NCBI GenBank assembly: GCA_028534125.1
Contig: CM052816.1
Location: 83,330,001-83,394,000, forward strand
Origin: Lama glama
Lineage: Eukaryota
Length of the DNA: 64,000 nt
Direction of reading: 5' to 3'
Shown here: piece by piece, positions 25,523 through 37,367 of the stretch
Layout: the number at the start of each line of letters is the position of its first letter
Numbering within the stretch: the stretch's first letter is position 1
The notes under the pieces: model-generated
What the model was told of the DNA's origin: nothing
The model's input: only the letters and a program-made list of their open reading frames with translations
Databases searched by the model: none
Position numbers and translations under genes: made by a program

Positions 25523-27052
25523 GAATGGTGTATTCTTACAGTCTACAATGTTTATGGTACTTTAACTTTCAACTAACCGAATAACAGTCAACTAAAAAAT
25601 GAACCTCTGCATACAATCTAGATTTTCATTTATTTTTCAGAAACACTTTCCCTAATCAAATTTGAGGTCAATAAATAAATATATAATATATATCCTATTA
25701 GGTAATAATAACATTTTATTATTTATAAAAAAAGATTTTCTTAATTTAAAGTTTTAAGTAATTCCACATTATGTATAACTATCTGGATAATCAATAAAAA
25801 TTTCCTGTCTATTCACTAATTTTTTGATACATAATTACATTTATTTTCTGCCATTTTCTTTCAGGATGCCCATTTCTAACTAGTACACCTGACATAAAAT
25901 GATGTCCATAGTAATTCCTTGGAATGCCATTCACAATAGGAGAGAAGTTCAGTGCCATACTGCCAAAATGGTGTCAAATCCAACAGATCAAATTAGAACT
26001 ATAAATAACCTGAAACTGTGGTTGACATTCTGAAATAATGAGGGATGTTTTATTAAATTCTTCTTTTCATCCACTGAACTTCAAATTCTCCATATAATCC
26101 TACAGTGTTACACATAGGAAAGTTGAGGAATTAGGGAAATAGCAATGTAAAAGAGGTAATGGCCTTTATCTCTTTAGGTTTACAATTTTTTAAAATATCT
26201 AATTAGTATTGATGTTTTCATTTTTTTTAAATGTCAACAGAATTAGCAGATATAATTAGTCTAACTCCAATGAGCTAATGAAGATAATCCAATTATTCTT
26301 CAATATATGCTGTTGTTTTCTCCAATATCTCCAACCTGCATTTGCTACTCCTGGGAAACTTTTTTAAACCTGCTCTTTTGTTAACAATGTAATTCATGAG
26401 CTTTTAAATTACATTTTCTTAACAAATGCTGAAAGCACAACATCAATGCCAAATAAAGTTATTTTTACATATTTTTATTTTGTTAAAAACTGCAGTGTTG
26501 ATGCTATGTTTGATATGGTTTGTGACTTACCATATATCATAAATTAGGAAGTGTCAAGCAATAAAAATAAGCACATAATGTTTTATTTTTATTAATTATC
26601 AGCTTTGAGTAAAGAAAAGTCTGTTACCAATAACTACCTACAAATTTTAAAATAAACTATTAAAGTTACATTTTTTAGGCTAAGTTGACTATTTATAAAT
26701 AATTTCTTTTAAATATTATTTTATTAATTTCCTGTATTTAAAAATAGGAAAATTGACAAACAGAAATAAAGTAAAAATTATGAGTGATTAAACTGAACTA
26801 TAGAGAAACTTTTATGATTTTGAGAAAGGTAATTTGAACTCTCTATATTAGCGATATTTTTTATAATATATAATTTTCCAGCCCATAAATATTAACTACT
26901 TATACATTCATGTTATAGTCTCAATTTTTAAATCTATACTTTTAACCAACTTAAATACAGTATAATTACTTTACACAAGTTATGATTATATAAGTCATAT
27001 ATATATGTATGTATATATGTGTGTTGTACACAAATATATTTCAAAATTAAAG

Positions 27053-27546
27053 TGTGATAGTGAGAATAATGGCTTCCTGAAATGGCCTGTCTGCTAATCT
27101 TTATAATTGTGAATACTTTACATTACATGACAAAATAATTAAGGTTTTAAATGAAATCAAGATTGATAGTCAGTTGACCTGGAAATAGGGAGATTATCAT
27201 AGATTATTCAGATGAAACTATTTTAATCACAAGCTTATTTAAAAGTGGAAGAGGGAAGTAGAAGAGTAGATTCAGAAGATGTGACTGTGGGAGAAAGGCA
27301 GAGAATGATGCAGCATTTCTGGTTTCAAAAGTGGAGAAAGGGGACTCTAGAAACTGGAAAAGACAGGGAAACAGATTTCCCCCCAGAAACTCTAGGAAGA
27401 ATGCAGCCCCACAGACACCTTGAGTATAGCCCAGTGAGACTCACATCAGGCTTACTACCTATAGAACAGTAAGAAAATAAATTTGTGGGTTTTTTTCAGA
27501 CACTAAGTTTGTGAAAATGTATTATAGCAGCAAATGAAATAATACA
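27053..27546 (+). mobile_element. MLT1D (ERVL-MaLR) solo LTR
   Basis: TG...CA ends; tgtgatagtgagaataatggc...aaatagggagattatc...ctctagaaactggaaaagacagggaaacagatttcccc...ctaagtttgtg...tatagcagcaaatgaaataataca. Confidence 0.9.
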
Positions 27547-27713
27547 CCAAGTGAATTAATTTTATTAAAGCATAGTCTGGAAAAACAAACTAAATTGCAG
27601 TCAAGACACCCTTTTCCCTCCCAGTTAACTTTATGAATGTAATAAATAAGAGAACACTGGCAAAAACTTGAGTGGGCTTTCTAAAGCATCAAGAATCAAC
27701 ACAGGAGAGGAGG

Positions 27714-27723
27714 CAAGATGGCG
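27714..27723 (+). promoter_or_regulatory. YY1-type motif (CAAGATGGCG) at the start of the L1 internal promoter / CpG-rich 5' UTR
   Basis: Motif lies about 10 nt from the L1 5' end, as for the established YY1 site of mammalian L1 promoters. Confidence 0.7.
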
Positions 27724-28276
27724 GAGTAGAAGGACGCTCGTTAGTCACCCTCTCCCACAAATACACCAAGACCCACATCTACAGACCCACTCAGCCAACC
27801 AGAGCACCTGCGGAACTCCGACAGAACATCGCCCTCTTCAAAAGATAAAGACGCCAAAAATCTGGTAGGAGAAAAGGAAAAAAGAAAGAACAAAAGGCAA
27901 AGCAGCGCGGGATGGGTCCCGCGGGGAGGGAGCGGCAAAGGAGGACTGGCGCTCGCTCGCTGGGTCTCCCCTCTCCAACTGAAAGGCCAGTGAGACGGAG
28001 GGGGAGCCTCTGAGACTCGGATCTGTACAGAGCAGCCCTGGTCTGACAGAACTAAGTTAAACGGAAACAGAGCATCCCCCCAGACACCCAGCCTGAGACG
28101 CGGGCCAGCAGCGGCGGGCAGGGCCAGGCTGCACAAGCCGGGCGGAGGACGGAGGCGGCTGCATGGAGGCAGCCCCGGGGGACTGCAAGGGGCTGGGCGC
28201 CATGGCTGTGGGTGTACAGGACAGAACAACCTGGGCCCTCCATAAAACAGCAAGGTTGATGTGCTCTGGGGGGAAG

Positions 28277-28776
28277 NNNNNNNNNNNNNNNNNNNNNNNN
28301 NNNNNNNNNNNNNNNNNNNNNNNNNNNNNNNNNNNNNNNNNNNNNNNNNNNNNNNNNNNNNNNNNNNNNNNNNNNNNNNNNNNNNNNNNNNNNNNNNNNN
28401 NNNNNNNNNNNNNNNNNNNNNNNNNNNNNNNNNNNNNNNNNNNNNNNNNNNNNNNNNNNNNNNNNNNNNNNNNNNNNNNNNNNNNNNNNNNNNNNNNNNN
28501 NNNNNNNNNNNNNNNNNNNNNNNNNNNNNNNNNNNNNNNNNNNNNNNNNNNNNNNNNNNNNNNNNNNNNNNNNNNNNNNNNNNNNNNNNNNNNNNNNNNN
28601 NNNNNNNNNNNNNNNNNNNNNNNNNNNNNNNNNNNNNNNNNNNNNNNNNNNNNNNNNNNNNNNNNNNNNNNNNNNNNNNNNNNNNNNNNNNNNNNNNNNN
28701 NNNNNNNNNNNNNNNNNNNNNNNNNNNNNNNNNNNNNNNNNNNNNNNNNNNNNNNNNNNNNNNNNNNNNNNNNNNN
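28277..28776. other. Assembly gap (500 N)
   Basis: Run of exactly 500 N. Confidence 0.99.
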
Positions 28777-29254
28777 AGATAAACAAGATTACACTGTATA
28801 GCACAGGGAAATATACACAAAATGTTATGATAAATCACAGAGAAAAAAATGTGACAATGAGTGTGTATATGTCCATGAATGACTGAAAAATTGTGCTGAA
28901 CACTGGAATTTGACACAACATTGTAAAATGATTATAAATCAATAAAAAATGTTAAAAAAATCTAATTGGAAAAAAAAAAGAATCAACATATCCATTAACT
29001 TAAGGGTAGAAAGCTGAAATAGGACCAAATTTTTGTGACATGCCAGGTAACAGAAAAAACACATGGTGGTGGTGGTATGAGAAACCTTTTTCAATTCAAA
29101 TGTACTTGATTTTTTGGGGAGTTGGGGAAAGAGGAAAGTACTCAACTTCCTAACATGGATAAACCAAAATTTGCATTGGCAATCTGAAGTAGTCAAAAAC
29201 TTTTAATTTTGGAATGGAATGTCTTTTGCATCTGTATGAACCTTGGAAAAATCC

Positions 29255-31740
29255 AAGAAACATGGAATGCAGCAAAGTCAGTACTTAGTAGGAAACTGAA
29301 AGCATTGAAAATATATTAGAAAAGAAGAGAGATCTGAAATCTATAATCTAAACTTCTACCTTAGACAACGGGAAAATGAAGAGCAAATTAAATCCAAAAT
29401 AAGCAGAAGAACTGATAAAATTAGACAAGAAATAAATAAAAGTGAAAAAAAGGAAATCAGTTGAGAAAGATCAATAAAACCAAAAGTTGGCTCTTTGAAA
29501 AGAAGAATAAAAATCAGTAAGCCTTCAGCCATGCAACTAAGAAAAAAAAAAAAGGACACAAATTACTAATATCAGAAATGAAAGAGGGGACATCACTACA
29601 GATTCTATGGGTATTAGAAGGATAATAAAGTTATATTATAAAAAATTCCATGCCAAAATATTTTAATTATGTAAAGTGGATTAATTTCTTAAAAGACACA
29701 ATCTGACAAGTTCACATAAAAATAGACAATCTGAGTAGGCCTATAATTGTTAAAGAAATTTAATCAATTAATAACCTTCCACAGCAGAAAGCACCAGGTC
29801 CAGATGGGTTCACTGATAATCCCACCAAACACTTTAAGAAATTTACCAATTCCCTATAACCTCTGTAACAAGATAGAAGCAGATAATATATTCCCTGACT
29901 CATTTGATGAGACCAATGTTATCCTAATACCCAAACCTGACAAAGATATTATAATAAAATTAACATAGATGCAAAATCCTCAATAAAATATTAGCAAATT
30001 GAATCCAACAATGTATAGAAAGAATTATACACTACAAACAAGTGAAGTTTATTCCAGGTATACAAGACTGGCTCAATATTTGAATATCAATTAATGTAAT
30101 ACAGCGTATCAACACAGTAAAGAAGAAAAATTACATGATTATACCAATAGATGGAGAAACAGTATTTGACAAAATCCAATATTCATTCATGAAGAAAAAT
30201 TTAGTAAACTCCTTAACTTGACAAAGAATATCTACTAAAGACTTAGAGTTGACATCACCTTTAATGATGAAAAGTTTCAAGTTTTCCTACTAATATCAGG
30301 AACAAGACAAGGATATCCCTTCTTATTACTATCCTTCAACATCATAGTGGAAGGACTAGCTAATGCAGAAAGAAAAGAAAAGGAAATAAAACTTACACAT
30401 ATTGGGAAGAAATGAACAAAGCTGTCTTTGTTCACAACACAAATGATTATCTGTTTGAAAGAATCAGCAAACAACTTCCAGAATTAATAAGCAATTATAG
30501 CAAGGTTGCAAGATGCAAGGTTAAGTTACAAAAGTCAATCACTTTCTTATAGATGAGACGTGAACAAAAACAATCTGACATTTAAACACAGTATCATTTG
30601 CATTAGCACCTCCCTTCAAATGAAATACTTATGTAAAAATCTAACAAAATTGAAAATAAGATCTTTTCTAGGAAAACTTCAAAATATCAAAATAAATAAA
30701 AAGAACTAAATAACTGGAGAGATATCCTAGATGTTGTCTCAATGTTGTCAAGATGTCAGCTCTTCTGTGCTTCAGCCATAGCGTCAGTGTATCCCAATAA
30801 AAACCCCATCAAGTTACTTTGTGAATACTGATAAATTGACTCTAAAGTTGATATGAAGAAGCAAAAGACCCAGAATAGACAACACAAAGAACAACAAAGT
30901 TGGAAAGCCAATGGCACCCAAATGCAAAACTTATCAAGACAGTGGGGTGTTAGCAAAAGAACAAACAGATCAACTGCACAGAACAGAAACCCCAGAAATA
31001 AACCCCTATTAACACAGTACACTGATCTTTGACAAAGGAAAAAAAGCAATATAATGGTGCAAAGATAATCTTTCAAAAATTGTGCTGAAATAACTGGACA
31101 TCAACATCCCAAAATAAAGATACAGAATTTATAGCCTTTCCAAAAATTAACTCAAAATGGATAACGAACCTAAATGTAAAATGCAAAACTATAAAACTCA
31201 TGGAAGGTAACAGAAAATCTAGAGGACCCTGGGTATGGACATACTTTTTAGATATGACACCAAAGGTACAATCCACAAAAAAAAGAACAGATAAACTGAA
31301 CTTCATTACACTTATAAGCGTCTGTTCTACAAAATACAATGTCAAGAAAATGTAAAGACAAGCCATAGGCTGGGAGAAAGTATCTGCAGAATATACATCC
31401 AATGAAGAGCTCATTCAAAATATAAAAAACTCTTAAAACCAACCATGAGAAAACAATCTACTCCATTTAAAAATGGGCCCAATACTTTAACAGACACCTC
31501 ACCAAAGAAGATATACAGATGACAAGCACATGAAAAGATGCTCCACATCATATGTCATTACAAAAATGCCAATTAAAACAATGAGATACCCACACACATC
31601 TTTTAGAATGGCCCAAATCCAGGACACTGACATCAAATGCTAGCAAAGATTCAGAGCAACAGAACTCTTTCTCATTCACTGCTGGTGGGAATGCAAAATG
31701 GCACAGGCACTTCGGGAGACAGTTCAGCAGTTTCTACAAA
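29255..31740 (+). mobile_element. Old L1 ORF2 (post-EN, RT and C-terminal region), degenerate
   Basis: agcaccaggtccagatgggttcactg; aggaacaagacaaggatatccc; gctgtctttgttcacaacacaaatgattatc (degenerate LFADDMI); gacacctcaccaaagaagatatacagatg. Confidence 0.9.
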
Positions 31741-31769
31741 AATATATGCCTGCTGCTGTAGTCTGCTTG

Positions 31770-33085
31770 TGCTCCTATTCCTCACCTTCTTGTACTTCAA
31801 TTACATGCATGTTGTTTAATATCTGATTATGTCCCACATCTCCTGGATGCTCTTTATTGGTTTGTTTTATTTTTCTTTTCCCTCTCTTTTGTGTTCGTTT
31901 TTATAGTTTCTATTGTCCTGTTTTCAAGTACAATCCATGGTAGAGATATGTCTCTGATATAGTGCTTTAAAAAAATTGTGTTTTCATTCTGTTCTTTTAT
32001 TTACAATTTCCGTTTCACTAAAAACTCCCCTTCTCTTCATTCTTTTTTTCCTCCTATCTTTCCCACTAGTTATTTTAACATAGTACTCAGAGGCATTTTA
32101 ATTTTCTTGTCCGTTACTTCCAAAACCTGTTCTCTGTGGCTCTAGTACTATTAATGGCTTTATATCTTAAATGAGTCAGTTCTGATGTCTTGTTTTTGCT
32201 TTTTCAGTGCTTCAGTTTTTGACTGAATTGTCAAAAATGTGTATAAAAATTTTTTAGACACTGAGAAAAATATTGTTTATACTTGGTGATGTGCACCTAC
32301 ATCTCTTGATGGAACATTTTCATGACGTGCAATGTCAATATTGTCAGTAGGGAAACTTTATTTGGGAGGAGATGGTGTGGGCTACAACTGCTTTAAGATT
32401 TGCAGATACTAACTAATATATATAAATGCAGATAAACATCAGATGTATACTGTATGGCACAGGAAACTGTATTCCATATCTTGTAGTAACTTATGGTGAA
32501 AAAGAATATGAAAATGAATACATGTATGTTCTTGTATGACTGAAAGAGCATGCTGTACACCAGAAATACACACAACATTGTAAACTGACTATAATACTCT
32601 GTCTCTCTCTCTCTCTCCATATATATATATATAAAGGAAAATTGCTATTTTAAAATTCTGCTTTACACTATGTTTTGTGGAGTTCTAGAGTTCCAGAGGA
32701 TTTTCTCGCTTTTGCTTTTCTACCCTCAGCTTTCAGCAGGTCTGACACACCTGCAGCTTAGCGCCATTCTCCCGCATTCTTGTACCTATCCCAACAGTGG
32801 ATAATGGTTGCTTGTTTCCTGTTGGAAGGCTCACGGTGAGACAGGAGTGGTTCCTTGGTTTTCCTTCTCCAGCCTTAGGCAGGCCCGTTATCTACCAAAG
32901 TGAAACAGCTTATGTGCCTTATCTTTGAGGACATTCATCACCCTCTGGAATTTTGCTTGTTTGCCTTGAAATATCAGTTCTCTCTTAGGTTCAAGGAAAT
33001 ATGATTCCGTAGATTAACTGCTTTCTTCTCACTGTTTAAATGTAGAGAATTTTTCTTCTGGATTCTTTCACCTTCAATAGGAGGA
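31770..33085 (-). mobile_element. Ancient L1 (L1ME/HAL1-like) ORF1 and 5' region, interrupted by a younger L1 3' end
   Basis: cttcttgtacttcaattacatgcatgttg...attatgtcccacatctcctggatgctc; agtttctattgtcctgttttcaagt. Confidence 0.55.
32393..32598 (+). mobile_element. Camelid/artiodactyl-type L1 3' end, 5'-truncated
   Basis: agatttgcagatactaactaatatatataaa...tatactgtatggcacaggaaactgtattccatatcttgtagtaac...caacattgtaaactgactat. Confidence 0.85.
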
Positions 33086-34783
33086 TATTCTCACTGAAGT
33101 ACTCTTAATAATTAGTAAGTTCGAAGCAGGCGTCACTAAATCACGGCCACATGCCGGCAAATACAAATCCTGTTGTGGCAAAATAGTACATGTATACTGA
33201 TTTCCATTTTATGGCAATAAATACTTTGCCATGCTGGACTCTGAAATTTAGACTACAAAGAAGGCATTAGTCAGGCTTTAAAGATTAGATTACCAGTTCC
33301 TCTTGGTTTGTTGCATTTCCTGAGAGAGCTTTTACGTAAAAGGTAAAACTGAAGTAATCAAGTAACTTTTCAAATCATTTTGGTTATGTACTGGCCATAC
33401 AGTGTTCTTGAAATGTCAGTTAGTGGAAATCAAAACTTCTTTTCCAGTATTTATTTAGAAAAACAGTACTTCCTGCCCCTGGGATTCTTTTTAGTGTCGT
33501 GTTTTCAAAAGAGAATTGCATGGTTGTAGTGTAAGCCTTGACAGGATTTTGTTTCGGGTATTTTTTTTTTTAGGGAGGGTGGGTAATGCAAGTGCCTGAC
33601 TTATGCCTTGATTGCTAAGGCATCCAGTTCAAAAAGGCATCCACTTCAAGGATGGCTATCTCAAATAAACACATTGCCAACCACACGACCAGATAAAGGG
33701 TTAGAATGCAATAGCTTAAAGGCTGTATAGCAGGAAAAGACATTTATAAAACATCTGAAGAGTATAAAGTCGGGAGAAGAATTCAAAGGGGTCACAGATT
33801 AAATGTCAAAATTGACAATCCATTCTACTTTGCAGAAGATGTGAAAGATGGGATACATGAGCCATGTCTTGAAAGATAAGATTTCATACAACGTGAGGTG
33901 AGGTCAGCTTGGAAAAAAGAGACAGTAGTTCATGAAGGGCCTTGCATATCCTAATAGTAAAATTTTAATCAGTAGCCATGACAATTTGTATGGGTTCAAA
34001 GAATTTTAACACTTTTAAACAGAATTTTGGAATGCATAAATTCATATTTACTGAAGTGTAGAAACACTTCATAAAGAATTCATAAAGAATTATGCAAATA
34101 TTTTCTCTGCAGTGATACTGTAACAGAAAACCCCTAATATAAACTCTCTTATACACTATGGTACAGTAGTTCTGACACTCCAAACTAGTGGATCAATCAT
34201 CCATTATCTTCTTGATGTGTGTTTTATATGATGATTGCTAAGACAGCCTTTCAGTAAAATTAGGTATTTCTTTTTACTACCTTGACCTATTCATTCCTTG
34301 AATTGAAATGAATGGCCAAGCTGGGAACCTGGAATAAAACAAATTCATGTTGCTTTCATATTGTTTACTTGATTCATTGGCAAAGAAAGGTACAAAGAGG
34401 GGAATAAAAAGAGGGAAGCAAAGAAATGACAGCAGATGTGGGACATACAATCACTGCCTAAAACTTCCAACAGAGGAATTTGAATTGACATTGAAAAATT
34501 AGCTTCTGGAAAGCTTTTTCCTTACTGATTTCCTGTACTATATTACCTACCTGACTTTAAGAATGGTCAACCCCTAGGAAAAGTAGGAAAAGACAATCAG
34601 GTGAATCAAGTCAATTTGACAAATCACTTGCTTTATTCTCTTCCACACTGGGACTGGGAACACACATGCTGCAAACAAAAGATAAATCACTATGTGTGCG
34701 GCTTCCTAAAGTTTGGTCCTATCCAATCCCTTCATACTCTTAAAAGAGAGAAAGTGAGAGAAAAAAAAAAAAAGTTCTGAAAT

Positions 34784-35277
34784 TGTTGAAGAAATAAAAT
34801 GGAGCAGGACACTGTGGGGCATTCCTGGGTACAAATCCTTTCCATTTCCCTTATTTATCATTTGCAGGAAAAAAGTTTCAGCCTCCTTGACTTTCCCTGA
34901 GTTCCAAAGGGCAGATTCAAACAGCTGCTTGTCAAGGAAGGGAGGGAATGCAGAAACAAAAAAGGAACAGTCAAGAAACAAGAGTGCAGTGATGGGGCAG
35001 GGTCCTGGTTCCTACTCAAGGAATATACATAACAGTATCTTTGAGTTCTTCTTTAGGAACTAAGGCCCTCGTCTAGGTGGAGGTTGGTTAAGTTCCAGCT
35101 GAACACATGACTCCTGGAACATGCCCTGTCACTTAACCACCAACCAATCAGAAGAAAGTCTGCACAAAATGGAAGGTACCGAAGACTCTGACCCCTCCCC
35201 AAATGATTTTCCCTTAAAAAACTTTCACTGTCAAGCAGAATCTTTGAAGTTGGTTTTTGGACATGAGTTCACTTTCG
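34784..35277 (+). mobile_element. ERV1-type LTR, 3'-truncated
   Basis: TG start tgttgaagaaat; gagttccaaagggcagattcaaacag; CCAAT box accaaccaatcagaag; ggtttttggacatgagttc. Confidence 0.75.
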
Positions 35278-35706
35278 ACCCAGAAAAACTCATCAAAATG
35301 ACAGAAACACTCACCTTAAATACCATCTTTAGCTAAAGACAAAAGAGGATTTGGGGGTAGTGGTTTGGAATTTCAAAGGGGAGGAAGGCAATTGACAAGG
35401 AGATGGAAAAGCAAATGTTTGTTAAGCAAGTATTTGGTAAATAAGTGGTGGGCCATGCAAAGACAATGGGACATATGAATTTTAATAAACAGACTTCGCT
35501 AGGTTCTTCCCTGTCTAAACACCTAGTCCAACCTACACTTACTTATGGTGATAGCTCTCTCCCTGGAACAAGCCCTCTATCTACATTCTTTAGGCAGTTA
35601 GGGGAAAGGTCAAAGTCTCTTCCTGAGTCTTTTAGGCCGTGACTGTTTTCAACTTAAAACGCATGCCAAAGAGACATGTTGGGGTGGCAATTTTTCTCCC
35701 CTGTAA
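35278..35706 (-). mobile_element. ERV1-type LTR (MER34-like), truncated
   Basis: Reverse complement begins ...ggggagaaaaattgccaccccaacatgtctctttggcatg...aaagactcaggaagagactttgacctttcccctaactgcctaaagaat. Confidence 0.7.
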
Positions 35707-35749
35707 TAATTACCTAGGTGTTTCTGAAAATAAAATGTACAATAAAAAT

Positions 35750-36141
35750 TGTCAAACAAAAGAGATGAGTATTCCCTGAGGGGAATTCAGGATGGGGACA
35801 AACAGGAAATATTCTTTACTGTATATACAGTCCCTAGATAGTTAAACTGCATATCTAAGGAGTAATTTCAATGAGTCCAGACTCTTGCATTTTCCATACA
35901 TAGAAAAGCACTAAAATTATTAACTTTAGACATCTGTTCTTTGTGATTAGCAATAATCTTTTGATCTTCAACTACGTTTTTTCCCCAGCAAAACACTCAT
36001 ATATCCTGGCTCTTGCCTTAACTCTAAGGGACCGCTACAAAGAGGCGCCTGAGAGGCTGTCTCCTGGGCTATAGACCAATAAGATCCCCAAATAAAACTC
36101 AACATGCAATTTTCAGGTTGTGCTTTTTCCTTTAGTCAGCA
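35750..36141 (+). mobile_element. ERV1-type solo LTR
   Basis: TGTC...AGCA ends; tatatcctggctc (TATA region), gagaggctgtctcctgggctatag, AATAAA near 36090, U5 caggttgtgcttttt. Confidence 0.75.
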
Positions 36142-36285
36142 CTCCTCTTCTTGCTTTCTGACTGCTGTATTTGTACTTATGAATTTAAAACAGTTTCCTG
36201 AGAGAAAAATTCAAGGCTGTTACAAACATTTTATCAAATCATAGACACCATCATTTTAATATACACATTTATGTAGGGTTAAGAG

Positions 36286-36744
36286 TGAAAGAGTAGAAAA
36301 CTAACAAGATAGCTATTGAGTTGTTTAGGCCTGTACTTTTAGCTAAACGGATCTTATGATTAACAAGCTCCCCTCCCTGTGCACTCTTTTCTTAGACTAA
36401 CTTAATCCTTTTTCACCCTAGAGGTCTTGGAAGAAGGTCGTGGACTGAACCTCAAGAAAATGGGCAGATCCTTCCAAGTTCCTCCATAACAACAGCAAAT
36501 TCTTATCAAGATAAAAAGAATGTAACACCGTGTAAAGCCCCCTAATTGTTATCATCTTTTCTGTCTAGTTTTTCTACGAAACCTCGAGATCCCAACCCTA
36601 GGACGGGCTCACAGTCTTTAAGGCACTGGCCTGCTGTGACTCCCTTTGCCAGGCAAAGCAATAAAGCTGCTCTTTTCTTTGCTTCCAAAACTCTGCCTCC
36701 GAATTTGAATTCACTTTTAGAGGTGCAGAGGCTGATTGGCAACA
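36286..36744 (+). mobile_element. ERV1-type solo LTR with 4-bp TSD AGAG
   Basis: TG...CA ends; gcaataaagct polyA signal near 36660; AGAG at 36282-36285 and 36745-36748. Confidence 0.85.
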
Positions 36745-36799
36745 AGAGTATTGAAAAAAGCAAAAAATGACAATTAGCTATAACATGGTGTTTTCTTAT

Positions 36800-36948
36800 T
36801 GTTAGGCAGTTTAGATAGAAATGAGCATCAGGAAGGGGGAGAGGAAGAGGAAAGGAACAACCCAGAAAAATGGCAGTATGTCTACAGTCAGGAAAAGGGA
36901 CTCCAGAAAGTTTCACTTTCCCTAAATGAGGGCCAGCAAAAGAAGCCA

Positions 36949-36987
<39 letters not shown>

Positions 36988-37367
36988 GCAGCTGCACCTA
37001 AGAGAAGGCCCCGTAACTTAAGCCAATGAACCTGCCCCAAAGGGGATGGGCGTGCCAGAGCACAAGGAACCTGGGCTGTCAATCAACCTGATCACTTAAA
37101 GAACCTGAGCTATTAATCAATCAATCAACCACAAAAAAACGCCACTAAGCCAGGATACAAGATGGAAAAACAAAGGAGCGGCACCATTTTTCCTCTCTTG
37201 GATCGGCCAGCTCCCAGGTCTAGGGAGTGTGCTATCTTTACTGTTTTTTTTTTTACTTCACTAATAAAAATCTTGCTTATATCATGCTTTCTCTCATTAA
37301 AAATTCTTTTTTTTTTTTTGGGTGACTAAGAACCAAGGTAATTCTTATTTCCCTTTTCCTGGTAACA
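36800..37367 (+). mobile_element. ERV1-type solo LTR with 4-bp TSD TTAT
   Basis: TGTTA...TAACA terminal inverted repeat; AATAAA at 37263; TTAT at 36796-36799 and 37368-37371. Confidence 0.88.

Larger units (their letters stand above)
27704..28977 (+). mobile_element. Young camelid L1: CpG-rich 5' UTR, assembly gap, 3' UTR and poly(A)
   Basis: Starts ggagaggaggcaagatggcggag; many retained CpGs in 27720-28200; 3' end agataaacaagattacactgtatagcacagggaaa...aataaaaaatgttaaaaaaa; TSD aagaatcaaca(c/t)a at 27691-27703 and 28978-28990. Confidence 0.92.

Noticed and set aside
27741..28916. Longest ORFs in the track (391, 250, 212 and 173 aa)
   Set aside because: They are open only because they cross 500 N; the flanks are L1 UTR sequence
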